64,000 bases of DNA, taken from Octopus vulgaris (lineage: Eukaryota). The DNA is taken from positions 120,094,001 to 120,158,000 of the forward strand of contig OX597815.1 of NCBI GenBank assembly GCA_951406725.2. The letters run 5' to 3'. This document shows positions 38,161-51,752 of the stretch, piece after piece. Each line of letters starts with the position of its first letter. Positions within the stretch are counted from its first letter, which is position 1. The translations under genes were made by a program, and so were the position numbers. The notes beneath the pieces are model-generated. The model worked only from the letters and a program-made list of their open reading frames with translations. It did no database searches and had not been told where the DNA came from.

Positions 38161-38285
38161 TGGTTCTGAGTTCAGTCCCACTTCATGGCACCATGGACAA
38201 GTGTCTTCCTCTACAGTCCTAGGCCAATCAAAGCCTTGTGGGTGGCTTTAGTTGTTAGAAATTGAAAGATCATTATATATGTATA

Positions 38286-38391
<106 letters not shown>

Positions 38392-38520
38392 TATTGTTCT
38401 CTTGCCTTGACATTGCCTAATAGTCGTAAATAAGTGTCACTATCATGCAAGTGGTAACCTTCATTTCCATTCTCCTGTGGAAACATATCTAGTGACAGGG
38501 AAGTATTACCTTATTTGGAG

Positions 38521-39175
38521 TTAGAAGAAAACCTCTCCTTCAACCAATTAATATCATGAAAAGAAAGAAATGGGCTAAGGAGATGTCAGAAAAATCCAGT
38601 TCATTTTGGGATAGAGTGATTTTCTCAGATGAATCTAGATTTGCATTATTTTCAGACTGTGGATGTGTTTGGGTCTGGAGGCTTCCCAATCAAGAATTTG
38701 ATTTGGAATAACTCCAACCAACTGTGAAACATGGCAGTATCTCTGTAATGGTATGGGGAGCTGTCACCAGCAATGGTCGTTCTGAGCTGATCGAATGTGT
38801 TGGAACCATAAACTCTGAAAAATGCATCAAGATACTTAAGCAAGGACTACTTCTGATGTATTCACATGATAACATAATGAAAAATGAGTTTTTATTCATG
38901 GAAGATGGGGCTCCATGCCACACAGCGAAACGGAATCTACAATGTCTGATTGAAAATGGGATCAAAAAGTTTCCTTGGCTGAGCCAATCTCCTGACATTA
39001 ATCCAATTGAAAATCTTTGGAGCATACTAGATAGAGTTATATGAAGAACTCGACAGAAACCTAAATCTAAAGATGAATTGTTTCGATTGTTGCGAGAAAA
39101 GTGGGCAGAAATTCCACAAGAGACAACCACGAAGCTCATCAGTTCAATGCCAAAACAAGTTTCTGAATTAAAAAT
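38521..39175 (+). mobile_element. Tc1 (DD34E) transposase, C-terminal half, pseudogenised
   Basis: [42 protein letters not shown]; in-frame stops. Confidence 0.9.
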
Positions 39176-39722
39176 TAATTAAGCTAAACTGCTCGCTGCA
39201 AAACTCATTCACTGAATTAGATGCCAAATAGCTTAGCTCTATAGAACAACCCTGTGTATATAAATGTAAACGAACAAAAAATAAAAGATATATATTAAAG
39301 TGATGTCTGGCCCAAATATTCTACCGGTTTATTGTTAAAATCGGTCAGATTTGAACTCTTTCACCCACCCAACAATGTCGATCTAAAAAAGCAATAATCA
39401 TATCATCATAATCTTGAAGCTACAAAATAATTCTCGGTTGATTCAAAACAATGTGAATTAATGACCATTATATTTTATAGAGTAGCCTGCATTTTAATGA
39501 GCTAAGGTTAATCAAAAAGAATCTACTTTTCCTTGCAAGAACTTTATTGACTTTAGCTTGCTCTATCTTTTTCTGATAAGGAAGTCCATGAACAAAGAAA
39601 GGCATGTCCGTCTGAATAAATCTTAGATCAAATAAACTAATTAGTTCTGATCATGAACATATCTTTTGTTTTGTTCTAAAATAATATTGGCATTGTAAAA
39701 GCAAACATATATTCTGAAATAT

Positions 39723-39742
39723 TAGATAGATAGATAGATAAA

Positions 39743-39831
<89 letters not shown>

Positions 39832-39856
39832 CAGGTAGATAGACAGACAGACAGAC

Positions 39857-39940
<84 letters not shown>
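39723..39940. repeat. (GATA)n/(GACA)n microsatellite
   Basis: Directly visible. Confidence 0.97.
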
Positions 39941-39941
<1 letters not shown>

Positions 39942-40419
39942 CACACACTCACAAATTTTAAATTAAAGTTATCTATCTAAAACAAAAGTTTAAGAGTTAC
40001 AACCAAACATTTACTGATGAGGACACAATATTTAGAGTTAAGAGCTGAGTCAATTAATGGCAAAAATTCATGATAGGTGTTGAATGGATCTTCAAGTGTT
40101 GTATGGTGTGCTATTGAATTATAGTTGAATAAGATGCTAGGTAAAATTTTGTCTCAGAGAACACAAATTTTACAATACATATATGAAAGTATATTATATA
40201 GATATCCATTCCTTTTGAAATTGCTCTTGACTGTGGTTTGGACTTTTTGAATGGTATTTCTAGAATGTTAAGCAACCTATTAAGGCCCGACTCTTTGTGC
40301 TTAAATGTTCACTAATTTTTATATGTATCATATATATATATATATATATATATATACATTTATACACACACATTTATATATATGTATATATATATACACA
40401 CAAACACAAACACACACAT

Positions 40420-40453
<34 letters not shown>

Positions 40454-40789
40454 CTGTGTATATATATGTAAAAGGTATGATGTGTGTGTGTACGTGAATG
40501 TAAATTATGCACGTCCACAAATTAGCACGCATGTTGCTCAAATTTTAGGAGGACATTCGTTACGACCCTAGCTGTATTTTCATCAAATTATTTTTCCCCG
40601 AGGCAGCAGTGAATAACAGTAAAAATAATTTTGAGCCATAACTTTTAAACATTTTTCAAGTCGGGAAAATACACCATTTGCAAATATGAGTTAATTACCC
40701 TTCTAGTGATGGTGTGAAGAGAGGGACAGAGAGAGAACAGATTTTTAAAATTTCCTCCTTTTAATGAGTGGTTGAGAGGCAAAAACAGA

Positions 40790-41060
40790 CATTCTCCTTC
40801 GTAAACGATCAGCTATTATTTTGTAAACAATGTTTCAAAAATAGATGTATGTACATATATGTTTGTGAGTGTGTGTGTGTTGCCTGAGACATGCTATTTT
40901 GCAAATGATCAGCTATTATTTTGTAAACAATGTTTTGAAAATAGATGTATGTATGTATGTGTTTGTGTGTGTGTGTGTGTGTGTTGCCCAAGACAAGCTC
41001 CTTCGCAAACGATCAGCTATTATTTTGTAAACAATGCTTTGAAAATAGGTGTATGTACGT
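40790..41060. repeat. ~100-bp tandem repeat x3
   Basis: gatcagctattattttgtaaacaatg.ttt.aaaatag recurs at about 40808, 40907 and 41012. Confidence 0.85.
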
Positions 41061-42209
41061 ATATGGTTGTGTGCGTATGTGTGTATGTGCGTGTGTGTGT
41101 GTGTGTGTGTGTGTTGCCCTTAGTTGTGATCTGAACATAACCGCTTCTCACACAGACGATCAGGGGCCCTTTTGGGCGTTCTATTTTCTTTGCTGGAAGG
41201 GTTCCCAACCCATGGGCAAAAGGGGGTGGTGTTTTCAAAAGGGTTGGCATATGCAACCTGATCACCTCTGCCGATTAAACTCCCAACTCATGCGCTCCCG
41301 TCACGACACTGATTCTGCAGAACTGGGTTGGGTATGAAAACCAACTTTAAAGTATAAATATTGATGTTTTTGTATCAGCAATGTTGTGTTTGGTTAAGTC
41401 CTATTTGAAGTGAAAAATCAATAAACTGATTCCTTATGGGGCTTTTCTATTTAATCAGGATAAAAAAAAAATCGACAAACCGATTCCTTATAGGACTTCC
41501 CACTAAAATTGGCTACACCCCATTCTTAACCATAACTTTTACCAATTTTGATGTATTTTGTTCAAACCTGATGCCAGCATTACTTAGGACTTGTGGGATC
41601 TTTGAATGCTTTATGTTCTCCAAAAACAAAAAAAAAAATCGATGAGAGGAAAAAAATGGATAAACCGATTCCTTATGGGATCTCCCAATCAAATTGTCAG
41701 CAACTCATTTTCAGCCAAAAGTTTATCAATTTCAATAGATTTTGCTCAAATTTGAAGTCAATGTTACTTAGTTTGGTTTGAAATAAAGAGTTGTGAGAAT
41801 TCCATGCCTTTCCTGTGGACTCCAAACACAAATTTATTTTTAACTAAGACCACATATAGTGCCTTATAAATGATATTTCGTTTCAAGATCATCATCATTC
41901 TAATGCTGACTTTGCCATTTTTGATGTGGCAGACAGGATTGAATTCTACAGCCAGATGCTCTTCCTATTGCTAACTCACCTGTTTCCAGGCAGAATAATA
42001 TTTACCCATGGATGGACATGTTTTCACAGAAGGCTGAAAATGAGGAGCTCCACTTGTATAACAGAGACACATACTTATAACTATCCTGTGACGCCAACAC
42101 AAGGGGACAGCCCCCTCCCCCTCCTTCCCACACACATATGTACATATACGGTGATTTCCTTTCAGTTTCTACTTATTAAATCAACTTACAGGGCTTTGGT
42201 CAGTACAGG

Positions 42210-42385
42210 TCTTACTCTTTACTTGTTTCAGTCATTTGACTGTGGCCATGCTGGAGCACCGCCTTTAGTCGAGCAAATCGACCCCAGGACTTATTCTTTG
42301 GAACCGCTAAGTTACGGGGACATAAACACATCAGCATCGGTTGTCAAGCGATGTTAGGGGGACAAACACAGACGCACAAACATAT

Positions 42386-42418
<33 letters not shown>

Positions 42419-42582
42419 CAACAGGCTTCTTTCAGTTTCTGTCTACCAAATCCACTCACAAGGCTTTGGTTGGCCTGAAGCTATAGTAGAAGACACTTGC
42501 CCAAGGAGCCCCGCAGTGGGACTGAACCCGGAACTATTTAGTTCATATGCAAGCTACTTACCACATAGCCACTCTTACACCT
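42210..42582 (-). mobile_element. Main-family SINE
   Basis: Reverse complement of the family sequence. Confidence 0.8.
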
Positions 42583-42679
42583 ATAGGAAGAAAAAAAAAA
42601 ATTGCCCAAGGTGGAGCACACAGTGAGATGGAAACTAAAACCATGTTCAGGATGAGAACACTCATCAATGATAAGTGTG

Positions 42680-43379
42680 AATGCAATGTTGTTACCATTT
42701 CGAATATGCTAAAAGCACATTTGAGCTTGTAAACAAGCCATTCACTGTGTTTTATCATGGACAAAATTTCTCACTGTAGACTTATGGTGTAAGTACACCC
42801 AAACCAGCTTACAGCACCACCTATCCAGACTTTGAGATGCAAGTATTTCACGGGAAGTTATCTCCTCTTCACTCACAGGAACCAGGCATTGTAGACACAT
42901 GGTGTAAATACACCCAATCAGCTTGCAGTGCCACTGTCCGGTTTCTATGACTGAAGAGAAGATAACTACTCTGAAATACTTGCATCGCACAGTCTGGATA
43001 GGTGGCGTTGTGAACTGATTTGGGTGTATTTACACCATGTGTCTACAGCAGGAAATTTTCTCTATGACAAAACACAGTGAATGGCTTACTCTTTACTCTT
43101 TTACTCATTTACTCTTTTACTCATTTACTCTTTTACTTATTTCAGTCATTTAACTGTGGCCATGCTGGAGCACCACTTTTAGTCGAGCAATTCGACCCCA
43201 GGGCTTATTTTTTGTAAACCTAGTGCTTATTCTATTGGTCTGTTTTGCCAAACTGCTAAATTAGGGGCTGTAAGCACACAACCATTGGTTGTCAAGCGAT
43301 GTTGAAGGACAAACAAAGACACACAAGCATATACACGCACATACATGCATACATACATTCATAGATACATATATATATG

Positions 43380-43417
<38 letters not shown>

Positions 43418-43647
43418 CATATACATATGATGGGCTTCTTTCAGTTTCAGTCTACCAAATCCACTCACAAAGCTTTGGTCAGCCCAAGGCTATAGTAGAA
43501 GACACTTGCCCAAGGTGCCACACAGTAGAAATGAACCTGGAACCATGTGGTTCATAAGCAAGCTACTTACCACACAACCACTCCTGCACCTTGTTTACAA
43601 GTCCAAACTTGTTTTTAGCATATTTGAACTGGTAATAACTTTGCATT
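42680..43647. mobile_element. Foldback/MITE with ~190-bp inverted arms; right arm split by a SINE (43088-43590, -)
   Basis: 42680-42870 pairs with 42953-43087 plus 43591-43647. Confidence 0.75.
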
Positions 43648-44154
43648 TAAAACCACATGGTTGAGAAGTGTTATTCTCAACCACACAGCCACCCACAACA
43701 TATGATGACAGTAAAATCGCCTTTGTATGTTAAATAGTCAAACATTCACAATAGTATTGTAAGATAAAGATGGTAACATTACATCAGTATTTCAGAAGAT
43801 AGAAGCAAAAGAATTATAGTTGTTGCATTTTAGGAAGATTTACGGTATGTCATTGAAATTTATAAATCTGCAGAATTATCATGGAACCAGAAGCCTTGCT
43901 ATCATTAAATTGAAAATATTACAATGAAAAAGTTCCTAATTGGTTACAAACAGATTATATTTGATAAGTGATTAGTAGTTTAGTATGTGACAGGTAAGAG
44001 TTCATTAATGCAATTATGAAGGAATTTAGAACTGAGTGTTCATTGGATATTCTTTGTGTATAAACATGTGTGTGTGTGTGCGCGCGGGCATGTGTGTATG
44101 TGTGTATCTGTGCATGTGTATGTCGCATATGAATGTGTATTTTATATTAATATA

Positions 44155-44392
44155 TATTCTTTTATTTGTTTCAGTCATTTGACAGTGGCAATGCTGGAGC
44201 ACTGCATTTAGTCGAGCAAATCGACCCCAGAACTTATTCTTTGTAAGCCTAGTACTTATTCTATCTGTCTCCTTTGCTGAAGCGCTAAGTTACAGGTACG
44301 TAAACACACCAGAATCGGTTGTCAAGCAATGCTGGGGGACAAACACAAACACACAAACGTATACAAACATACATATATATAATACACACACA

Positions 44393-44434
<42 letters not shown>

Positions 44435-44622
44435 TACAACAAGCTTCTTTCAGGTTTCTGTCTACCAAAACCACTCGTAAGGTTTTGATTGGCCTGAGGC
44501 TATAGTAGATGACACTTGCCCAAGGTGCCATGGAGTGGGACTGAACTTGGAACCATGTGGTTGGTAAGTAAGCTACTTACCACACAGCCACTCCCCTGCA
44601 TCTATAACCACTCCAGTGCCTT

Positions 44623-44686
<64 letters not shown>

Positions 44687-45312
44687 CATATATATATGTA
44701 TATATATATATTTTACGTGCAGGTGGCACGTAAAAAGCACCCACTACACTCACGGAGTGGTTGGCGTTAGGAAGGGCATCCAGCTGTAGAAACATTGCCA
44801 GATTAGACTGGAGCCTGGTGCAGCCTTCTGGCTTCCCAGAACCCCGGTCGAACCGTCCAACCCATGCTAGCATGGAGAACGGACGTTAAACGATGATGAT
44901 GATGATGATGATGATATAGATGCAGGAGTGGCTGTGTGGTAAGTAGCTTGCTTACCAACCACATGGTTCCGGGTTCAGTCCCACTGTGTGGCATCTTGGG
45001 CAAGTGTCTTCTACTCTAGCCTAGTGCCGACCAAAGCGTTGTGAGTGGATTTGGTAGACAGAAACTGAAAGAAGCCCATCGTATATATGTATATATATGT
45101 GTGTGTGTACGTTTGTGTGTCTGTGTTTGTCCCCCTAGCATTGCTTGACAACCGATGCTGGTGTGCTTATGTCCCCGTCACTTAACAGTTTGGGAAAAGA
45201 GACTGATAGAATAAGTACTAGGCTTACAAAGAATAAGTCCCGGGGTCGATTTGCTAAAAGTGGTGCTCCAGCATGGCCACAGTCAAATGACTGAAACAAG
45301 TAAAAGAGTAAA
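44155..45312. mobile_element. Two head-to-head main-family SINEs (44155-44600 -, 44918-45312 +) around an RTE tail (44712-44912 +)
   Basis: Family sequence in both orientations; (GAT)n-tailed RTE end between them. Confidence 0.8.
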
Positions 45313-45322
45313 GATAGTAAGA

Positions 45323-45353
<31 letters not shown>

Positions 45354-46184
45354 GTTTATATATATATTGTGTTTGAGGTAAATGGACTGCAAGAACAAGG
45401 TAGACCAAGGAAAACATGGAAGGAACAGGTGAAGGAGAAGATTGGGAGGGTTGGCTTCAGAAGGGAGAATGCTATGAGGGCGGTTGCTATGGCATTGAGG
45501 TAGATCCAGCCACCCCCATTAACAGGTACAAAACCCGGATTTAAAACACTGGATAATGATGATGATGGCAAGCTAAAAAAAAAAAAAATGGAAACTGTTC
45601 AGAGTTTTGGCACAAACTTGTGAAAAACAGAGAAGATTAATGGAAAGAAATATAGGAAAGTACAAAGACAGATTATGTGGAGGAACATGGCTTAGTAGTT
45701 AGGGTGCTGGACTCATGATCATAAGATTGTAGTTTCAATTCCTGCATTATCTTCTTAAGCAAAACACTTCATTTCACATTACTCCAGTCCACTCAGCTGG
45801 TAAAAATGAGTGATCCTGTGGTAAATCAGCATCCCATCCAAGGAAGAATATATACAGCAGAGAAACTGGGAAACTGGCCCTATGCTTCCTAGGAAGTAAT
45901 GTGGACGACACTACAATAAAGAGGTTAAAAGGATAAGCATGCAGGAGATTAGATATAAGAAGCCATGTCAGATATCTCACTATTCCTTCTTTTATTCTTT
46001 TACTTGTTTCAGTCATTTGACTGCAGCCATGCTGGAGCACTGCCTTTAGTTGAACAAATCGACCCCAGGACTTTGTAAGCCTATCAGTCTCTTTTGCTGA
46101 ACCACTAAGTTACAGTGACACAAATACACCAACATTGGTTGTCAAGCAATGGTGGGGAGAGAAACATTGACACACACACACACA

Positions 46185-46970
46185 CATCATTATCATCATC
46201 ATCGTTTAACGTCGGCTTTCCATGCTGGCGTGGGTTGGATGGTTTGACTGAGGACTGGTGAGCCAGAGGCTGCACCTGGCTCAATCTGATCTGGCAAAGT
46301 TTCTACAGCTGGATGCCCTTCCTAACACCAACCACTCCAAGGGTGTAGTGGGTGCTTTTTACGTGCCACCAGCATGAGGGCCAGTCAGGCAGTTCTGGCA
46401 CTGACCATGCTCAAAAGGTGTTTTTATGTGCTACCTGCACATGAGCCAGTCTAGTGTCACTGGCAATGACCACGCTCAAATGTTGTTCTATACGTGCCAG
46501 CGTTACATGTGCCGGTAAGGCGGCACTGGCAACGATCATGCTCAAATGGTTCTTTTCATGTGTCACCAGCATGGGAGCTAAGCCATGGCCCTGGCAATGA
46601 TCACGTTCGGATATGCTTCTTTTAACGTTCCACTGCATGAGTGCCAATCAGGCGGTATTGTCGTCAGTCACGTCAGCGACTTTGATTTGTTTACACTTGC
46701 CTCAATAGGTCTTCACAAGTAAAATTCATTGTCCAATGAATGAGGGTTACTCATAAATGGGCCAGTTAGACCCCATGTTTGGATGTGCTTTTAATGTTCC
46801 ACTGGCAAGAGTTCCAATCAGGTGGTACTGTCAGCAATTTTGATTTAGATTTCAATTGCCTCAGTAGGTCTTAACTAGCAAGTTTTATTGTCCAATGAAT
46901 GAGGGGTATTCATAAATGAGCTGGTTACCCACACTGGCATAGGCCATGAGCTATGGTCTCACTTGGCTTG
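46185..46970 (-). mobile_element. RTE LINE 3' UTR, long diverged copy
   Basis: (CAT)n tail, conserved 3' block, several degenerate minisatellite units. Confidence 0.75.
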
Positions 46971-47404
46971 TAGGATCTATATATGTCTGTATGTATGTAT
47001 ACAATGGGCTTCTTTCAGTTTCCATCAGCCAAATCCACTCACAAGGCTTTGACCGGCCCAAGGCTATAGTAGGAGACACTTGCCCAAGGTGCTATGCAGT
47101 GGGACTGAACCTGGAACCATATGGTAGGAGAGCAAGCTTCTTACCACACAACCACTCCTGCACCTACAGTAATTTTCAACTCAATTTCAGAAGATAATTA
47201 CAATGAAAATATAAATAATGTAAATGAATCCAGTTCAGAAAACATCTGTAGAATTTATTAAAGAAACAGTGATAATAATATTTTATATTTTTGAAAAGAA
47301 GAACATGCAAGTGGTACACATTATATCATGCAGAAGAGGGTTCTAATCAGTGAATATACAGCTGACACTCAAAAACAAGAGAGCAAGATAATTAACAGAA
47401 AGAG

Positions 47405-47940
47405 AATGGCTGTCTGATTATGAAAGGAATGTAAGTAAATGCAAAAGTCTTGGTTATCTGCATGATCATTGTAGATTCCTATTGCAAGCATGTACATTTA
47501 TAAATTTTTATAAACAACATTGCTGAAATCAATGGATATTTATTCTAAAATGTGAAATTGCTTGGAAGACACTAAATCCCCTGAGATTTGGAAGAGAGTA
47601 AAAGAAAGCAGACAGAAAAATAGTTGAATTTATAGAAGTTTCTATATCATTTGATTTTGATAGATGTATCAAAGGTCATTTAAGAGAATGAGAAATTATG
47701 TCAAATATATGAGTTTCAGGGATTTCACTTTTCAAAATGTAACCAGAAAAATGTCTAACTTTCTCAAGTTTTTATATAGTTTCTGTTTGAAGGAATTATA
47801 TATTTCTGTATGAGTCATGCAAGGTTGTATACACCCACTACTACTGTTCACTCTCTATTCATTAGCAATACTTGTGGAAGTATTTTGTAAATCAACCGAA
47901 AGTGTATACAATACAGACATCCTTATGCTAACCTATGTAA
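47405..47940. repeat. ~540-bp segment present in inverted orientation at 58945-59482
   Basis: e.g. gtatacaatacagacatccttatgctaaccta vs taggttagcataaggatgtctgtattgtatac. Confidence 0.9.
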
Positions 47941-48142
47941 CTTGTTAGTATTTAAACTAATATATCTGTCCAAAATTTTCTACATGTTTTATGTTCAAAC
48001 CAAGCAGATTTGGCCTCCCACATCAACATTACAATGTCATTCTAAAAGTAAACAATTACGTGATCGAAACCTCAAAGCTGCGAGACAATGTAAATAAAAA
48101 AGCATTGTATTTGACAAAGAAATTTGAAAGCTAAAGGGTTAA
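47940..48142. mobile_element. Short MITE ending in GGG|TTAA (piggyBac-like terminus); related copy at ~39300-39511
   Basis: Shared internal sequence (cagattt...caatgtc..tctaaaa...aagct) and a (g)ggttaa end. Confidence 0.45.
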
Positions 48143-48492
48143 GGTGTCTGACCTTAAAGCATGGGTCTTGTCTCCTGTCTGAGGAGAACAGTCACTCCTT
48201 CTTCCATCAGTCTCTATTCCATAGAGTTCCTTTCCTCTTCTGACTAAGCAATAAAAGAAAAAAAAAATATACAAAATGTTGTACTTAAAGAAATATTGGA
48301 TTTTTGTGGTTTTTGTCATTGTTTACAATTTTGTTCTACAATTTTGTTTACAATTTTGTTCTAATTATTTTCAAATTTATTTTGTATATGGATTAAGTTT
48401 TTTAAACTAATTATGAAAATGAAATTTATTTTTCCTATAAATCCATAATTAAACAGTTATTAACCTACAAAATTTGCAAAGGTTTGGTATTT

Positions 48493-48615
48493 TAGCCAAT
48501 CAGAAGCGAGTATTTTACATATCATGGTGACGAAAATTTCTATTTCCATATTTACCAGAGCAAAGAAGCACCACTTGTTCCATAGCTGATTGTGAAGTAC
48601 TGTTTCCATAGTAAC
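48493..48615. promoter_or_regulatory. Candidate CCAAT box plus RFX X-box-like motif
   Basis: agCCAATcag at 48494-48503; GTTTCCATAGTAAC at 48602-48615. Confidence 0.3.
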
Positions 48616-48734
48616 CAAAGATGCTTTGCATGCACACAAGGAAGAGAAGGAGATACAAGAAAGATAATTTATCTTATAAAATCCTGGTTCAATGTTTTGA
48701 CATGCCAATGCTCCTCCACTCCCCTGTAAAAAGT

Positions 48735-49182
48735 ACTCTTCACTTGTGTGGCATTATGCTGTGCTTGAAAAGACCTGTTGAGTCATCATTGTCATGGCTG
48801 ATGCCAGTGCTGCCTGACTGGTACCTGTGCTGGTAACATGTAAAAAGCACCATTCAGGTGTGACCGATGCCAGTGCTGGTGGCACATAAAAGCACCATTT
48901 GAGCATGATCGACGCAAATGCAACTTGACTGGCTCCCATGTCGGTGGCACATAAACGGCACCATTTGAATATGGTCAATGCCAGTGTGCCAGACTGGCCC
49001 CTTTGCTAGTGGCACGAAAAAACATTCACTACATTCTCAGAGTGGCTGGCATTAGGAAGGACATCCAGCTGCAAAAACCTTGCCAGAACAGATTAAAACT
49101 TGATGCAACCTCCTGATTTGCTAGTCCTCAGTCAAACTCTTTGACCCATGCCAGCATGGAAAGTGAACATTAAACAATGAGG

Positions 49183-49225
<43 letters not shown>

Positions 49226-49371
49226 TCATCATCATCATCATCATTTAGCGTCCGTTTTCCATGCTAGCATGGGTTGGACAGTTCAACTGGGGTCTGTGAA
49301 GCCAGAAGGCTGCATCAGGCCCAGTCTGATCTGGCGGTGTTTCTACGGCTGGATGCCCTTCCTAACGCCAA
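48735..49371. mobile_element. Two tail-to-tail RTE 3' fragments (48735-49185 +, 49222-49371 -)
   Basis: Match to the RTE 3' UTR in both orientations around a (TA)n run. Confidence 0.75.
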
Positions 49372-49549
49372 GTGTACATTTAAACACAAGAGAAACTACC
49401 TTTTAACAGGTAATTTTACATGCTACAAGAAGCAGTCAAAATGATCAAAGCCACATTTGAGAGCAATTTTCAATGGAATTGAAAAATAAAAACTTTTACC
49501 TTGTTAGTTTTTCTCGGATATACCTGAGTTTCAAATTTCTTAGCAAATA

Positions 49550-49620
<71 letters not shown>

Positions 49621-50069
49621 TGCCATGACCATTGTGGACACACCCTCTCTCTATCAAGTGGTTACATACGAACACACAGACACAGTCTTTTCTGTTGCTT
49701 GACCATTAATACCTGCTATATCTCTCTCTCTTGCTGCCTTCGAAACACACTGCCACACATACACAGACACACACACACATACATGAAAGCAATTTCTCAC
49801 ACTCAAACACTCTAGCACTCATTCTTAAAATAATTCAAATATAAACACCAGTCATACAGAATACATTCACACTCTTTGATTTTCCTGTACCCACCTTCTG
49901 CTAACCGGATTCTGACCTTGAACTATCTCAACGGACCTTCTCGTCTGCCTTCACCCAGCCTGGCGTCAACGCATATTGATAGACAGTTTGTGCCATTTAT
50001 TCCATGGGCTCCTCGTGAGCATTTGTCGAAAAGCTTGCTGTGCATTTTGTTGGAGAATTAAGTTCCTGG

Positions 50070-50155
50070 ATTTTCCTGAAGAGAAGGCTGCAAAATGGAC
50101 TCCTTATTCAATCCGAATTAGGGACTTTGCAGCCTTTGAAACATATGTAGAAAAT
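50070..50155 (+). ncRNA. Type-I hammerhead ribozyme with near-canonical core
   Basis: attttc-CTGAAGA-gaaggctgcaaa[loop]tttgcagccttt-GAA-ACATATGT-A-gaaaat: 6-bp stem I, 12-bp stem II, palindromic stem III, GUA site. Confidence 0.8.
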
Positions 50156-51752
50156 AATAAAAAGGAATTTTGTTAAATCTTCGTTCAGCTCCATTTCTTC
50201 CTACACTAAATATATAAAACTTCAAATTTCCGCACTAGGGCATGGATTTAGACCCCATGGTCGTAACCTCAACCGTGCTTTTTCTGTTGTGATTTTTGCT
50301 ACCCAGGTATCGGTTATCATTTGAATTATCCGTAATAAGATAATTCATTTATCTACTTCAATATATATATATATATATATATATATAGGTGTGTGTGTGT
50401 TTTAATTTGAAGTGTACAGTATTATATATCCATAACAGTTGATCTTATCAATCAGTTTTGTGCTAGGGTTTTTACTGGAGTGGTAGGTAACAATCTTATT
50501 ATGTAACCCTATGCTCATCAGAAGTAGCCAATATGGAATATAACACTGTACAGTTCAGATAATATACCCACTCTATTGACAGATATACATTTTTTTCTGG
50601 TTTATGGACTCTTAGACAACTTACACACACACATACATATATGTGTGTGTGTGTATGTGTGTGCTTCAGAAGACATATATATATAGTTAAGTAAAATCAT
50701 GGTTGTTCAGTTGAGCGATTCTAATCTTGCCAGCTTATGGGTGATGGTGCCACATAAGCACCCATGCCAGTGCTGTGAAGAAGCACCCAGTACACTCTGT
50801 GAAGTGGTTGGCATTAGAAAGGCCATCCAGCCACAGAAACCTTACCAAAACAGACATGGAGACTAGGCAACTCTTCAGTTAGCTAGCCCCAGTCAAACCC
50901 TACAACCCATGACAGCATGGATAACTGGAAATTGGACATTAAATGATGATGATGTATGTAATTAAGAGTGACAGAAGCAATATTAATAACTAGCTGGCCC
51001 TGCAACATCAAAAATGACAGCTAATTGTAGTTTTTTAATATTTAAATAAGGTCAAAAGATCAAATATGGATGGTAATTCAAATTAATACACTCCTCAATG
51101 CTATCTTGCGGTTTATTTTGCAATGTAACATCGATCTATACAAACCTTCACATACTTCCCTTGTACACACACACACATATACTCACACAGAGTTGAAATG
51201 CTGTTTGATTTTTCTTTTCAGTGTTGAATGTTCACCATCTGCTTCCATTGCACACTCACACACATGCACACACACACACACACACACACACAAACATTCA
51301 CATACCTCTCTTTTATATACACACACATATACTCACACAGAGTTGTAACACTTTTAAGTTGTTTTTTTCACCATAGAATTGCCAACCACACCTTCCTTCC
51401 TCATTCGTATGCTGTGACAGAAAAAAAAATAACACAAGAATATTATTATAGTAGATATTAAGATTGCTTCTGTCACTATTAATTATTCTTTAATAAGCCC
51501 ACAGGCTATTTGTGGAACCAGTGTCTGAATAGACACTGATCCTCATTATATTGTTGATGGGAGATTTGGCTGTTATGTTGCTCCTGCCACAGAAGAACCC
51601 AGAGTGAAATCTGTCAATGATGTAAATACAGGTGCTTCTGTGCACCACGAATCCATATGAAAGATCCTCTAAAGGTAAATTACACAGAATTCTCTTTTCT
51701 AACACAACCTCCACATCAAGTTGGAGATCAAGATTGTGTTTTGATACATACA

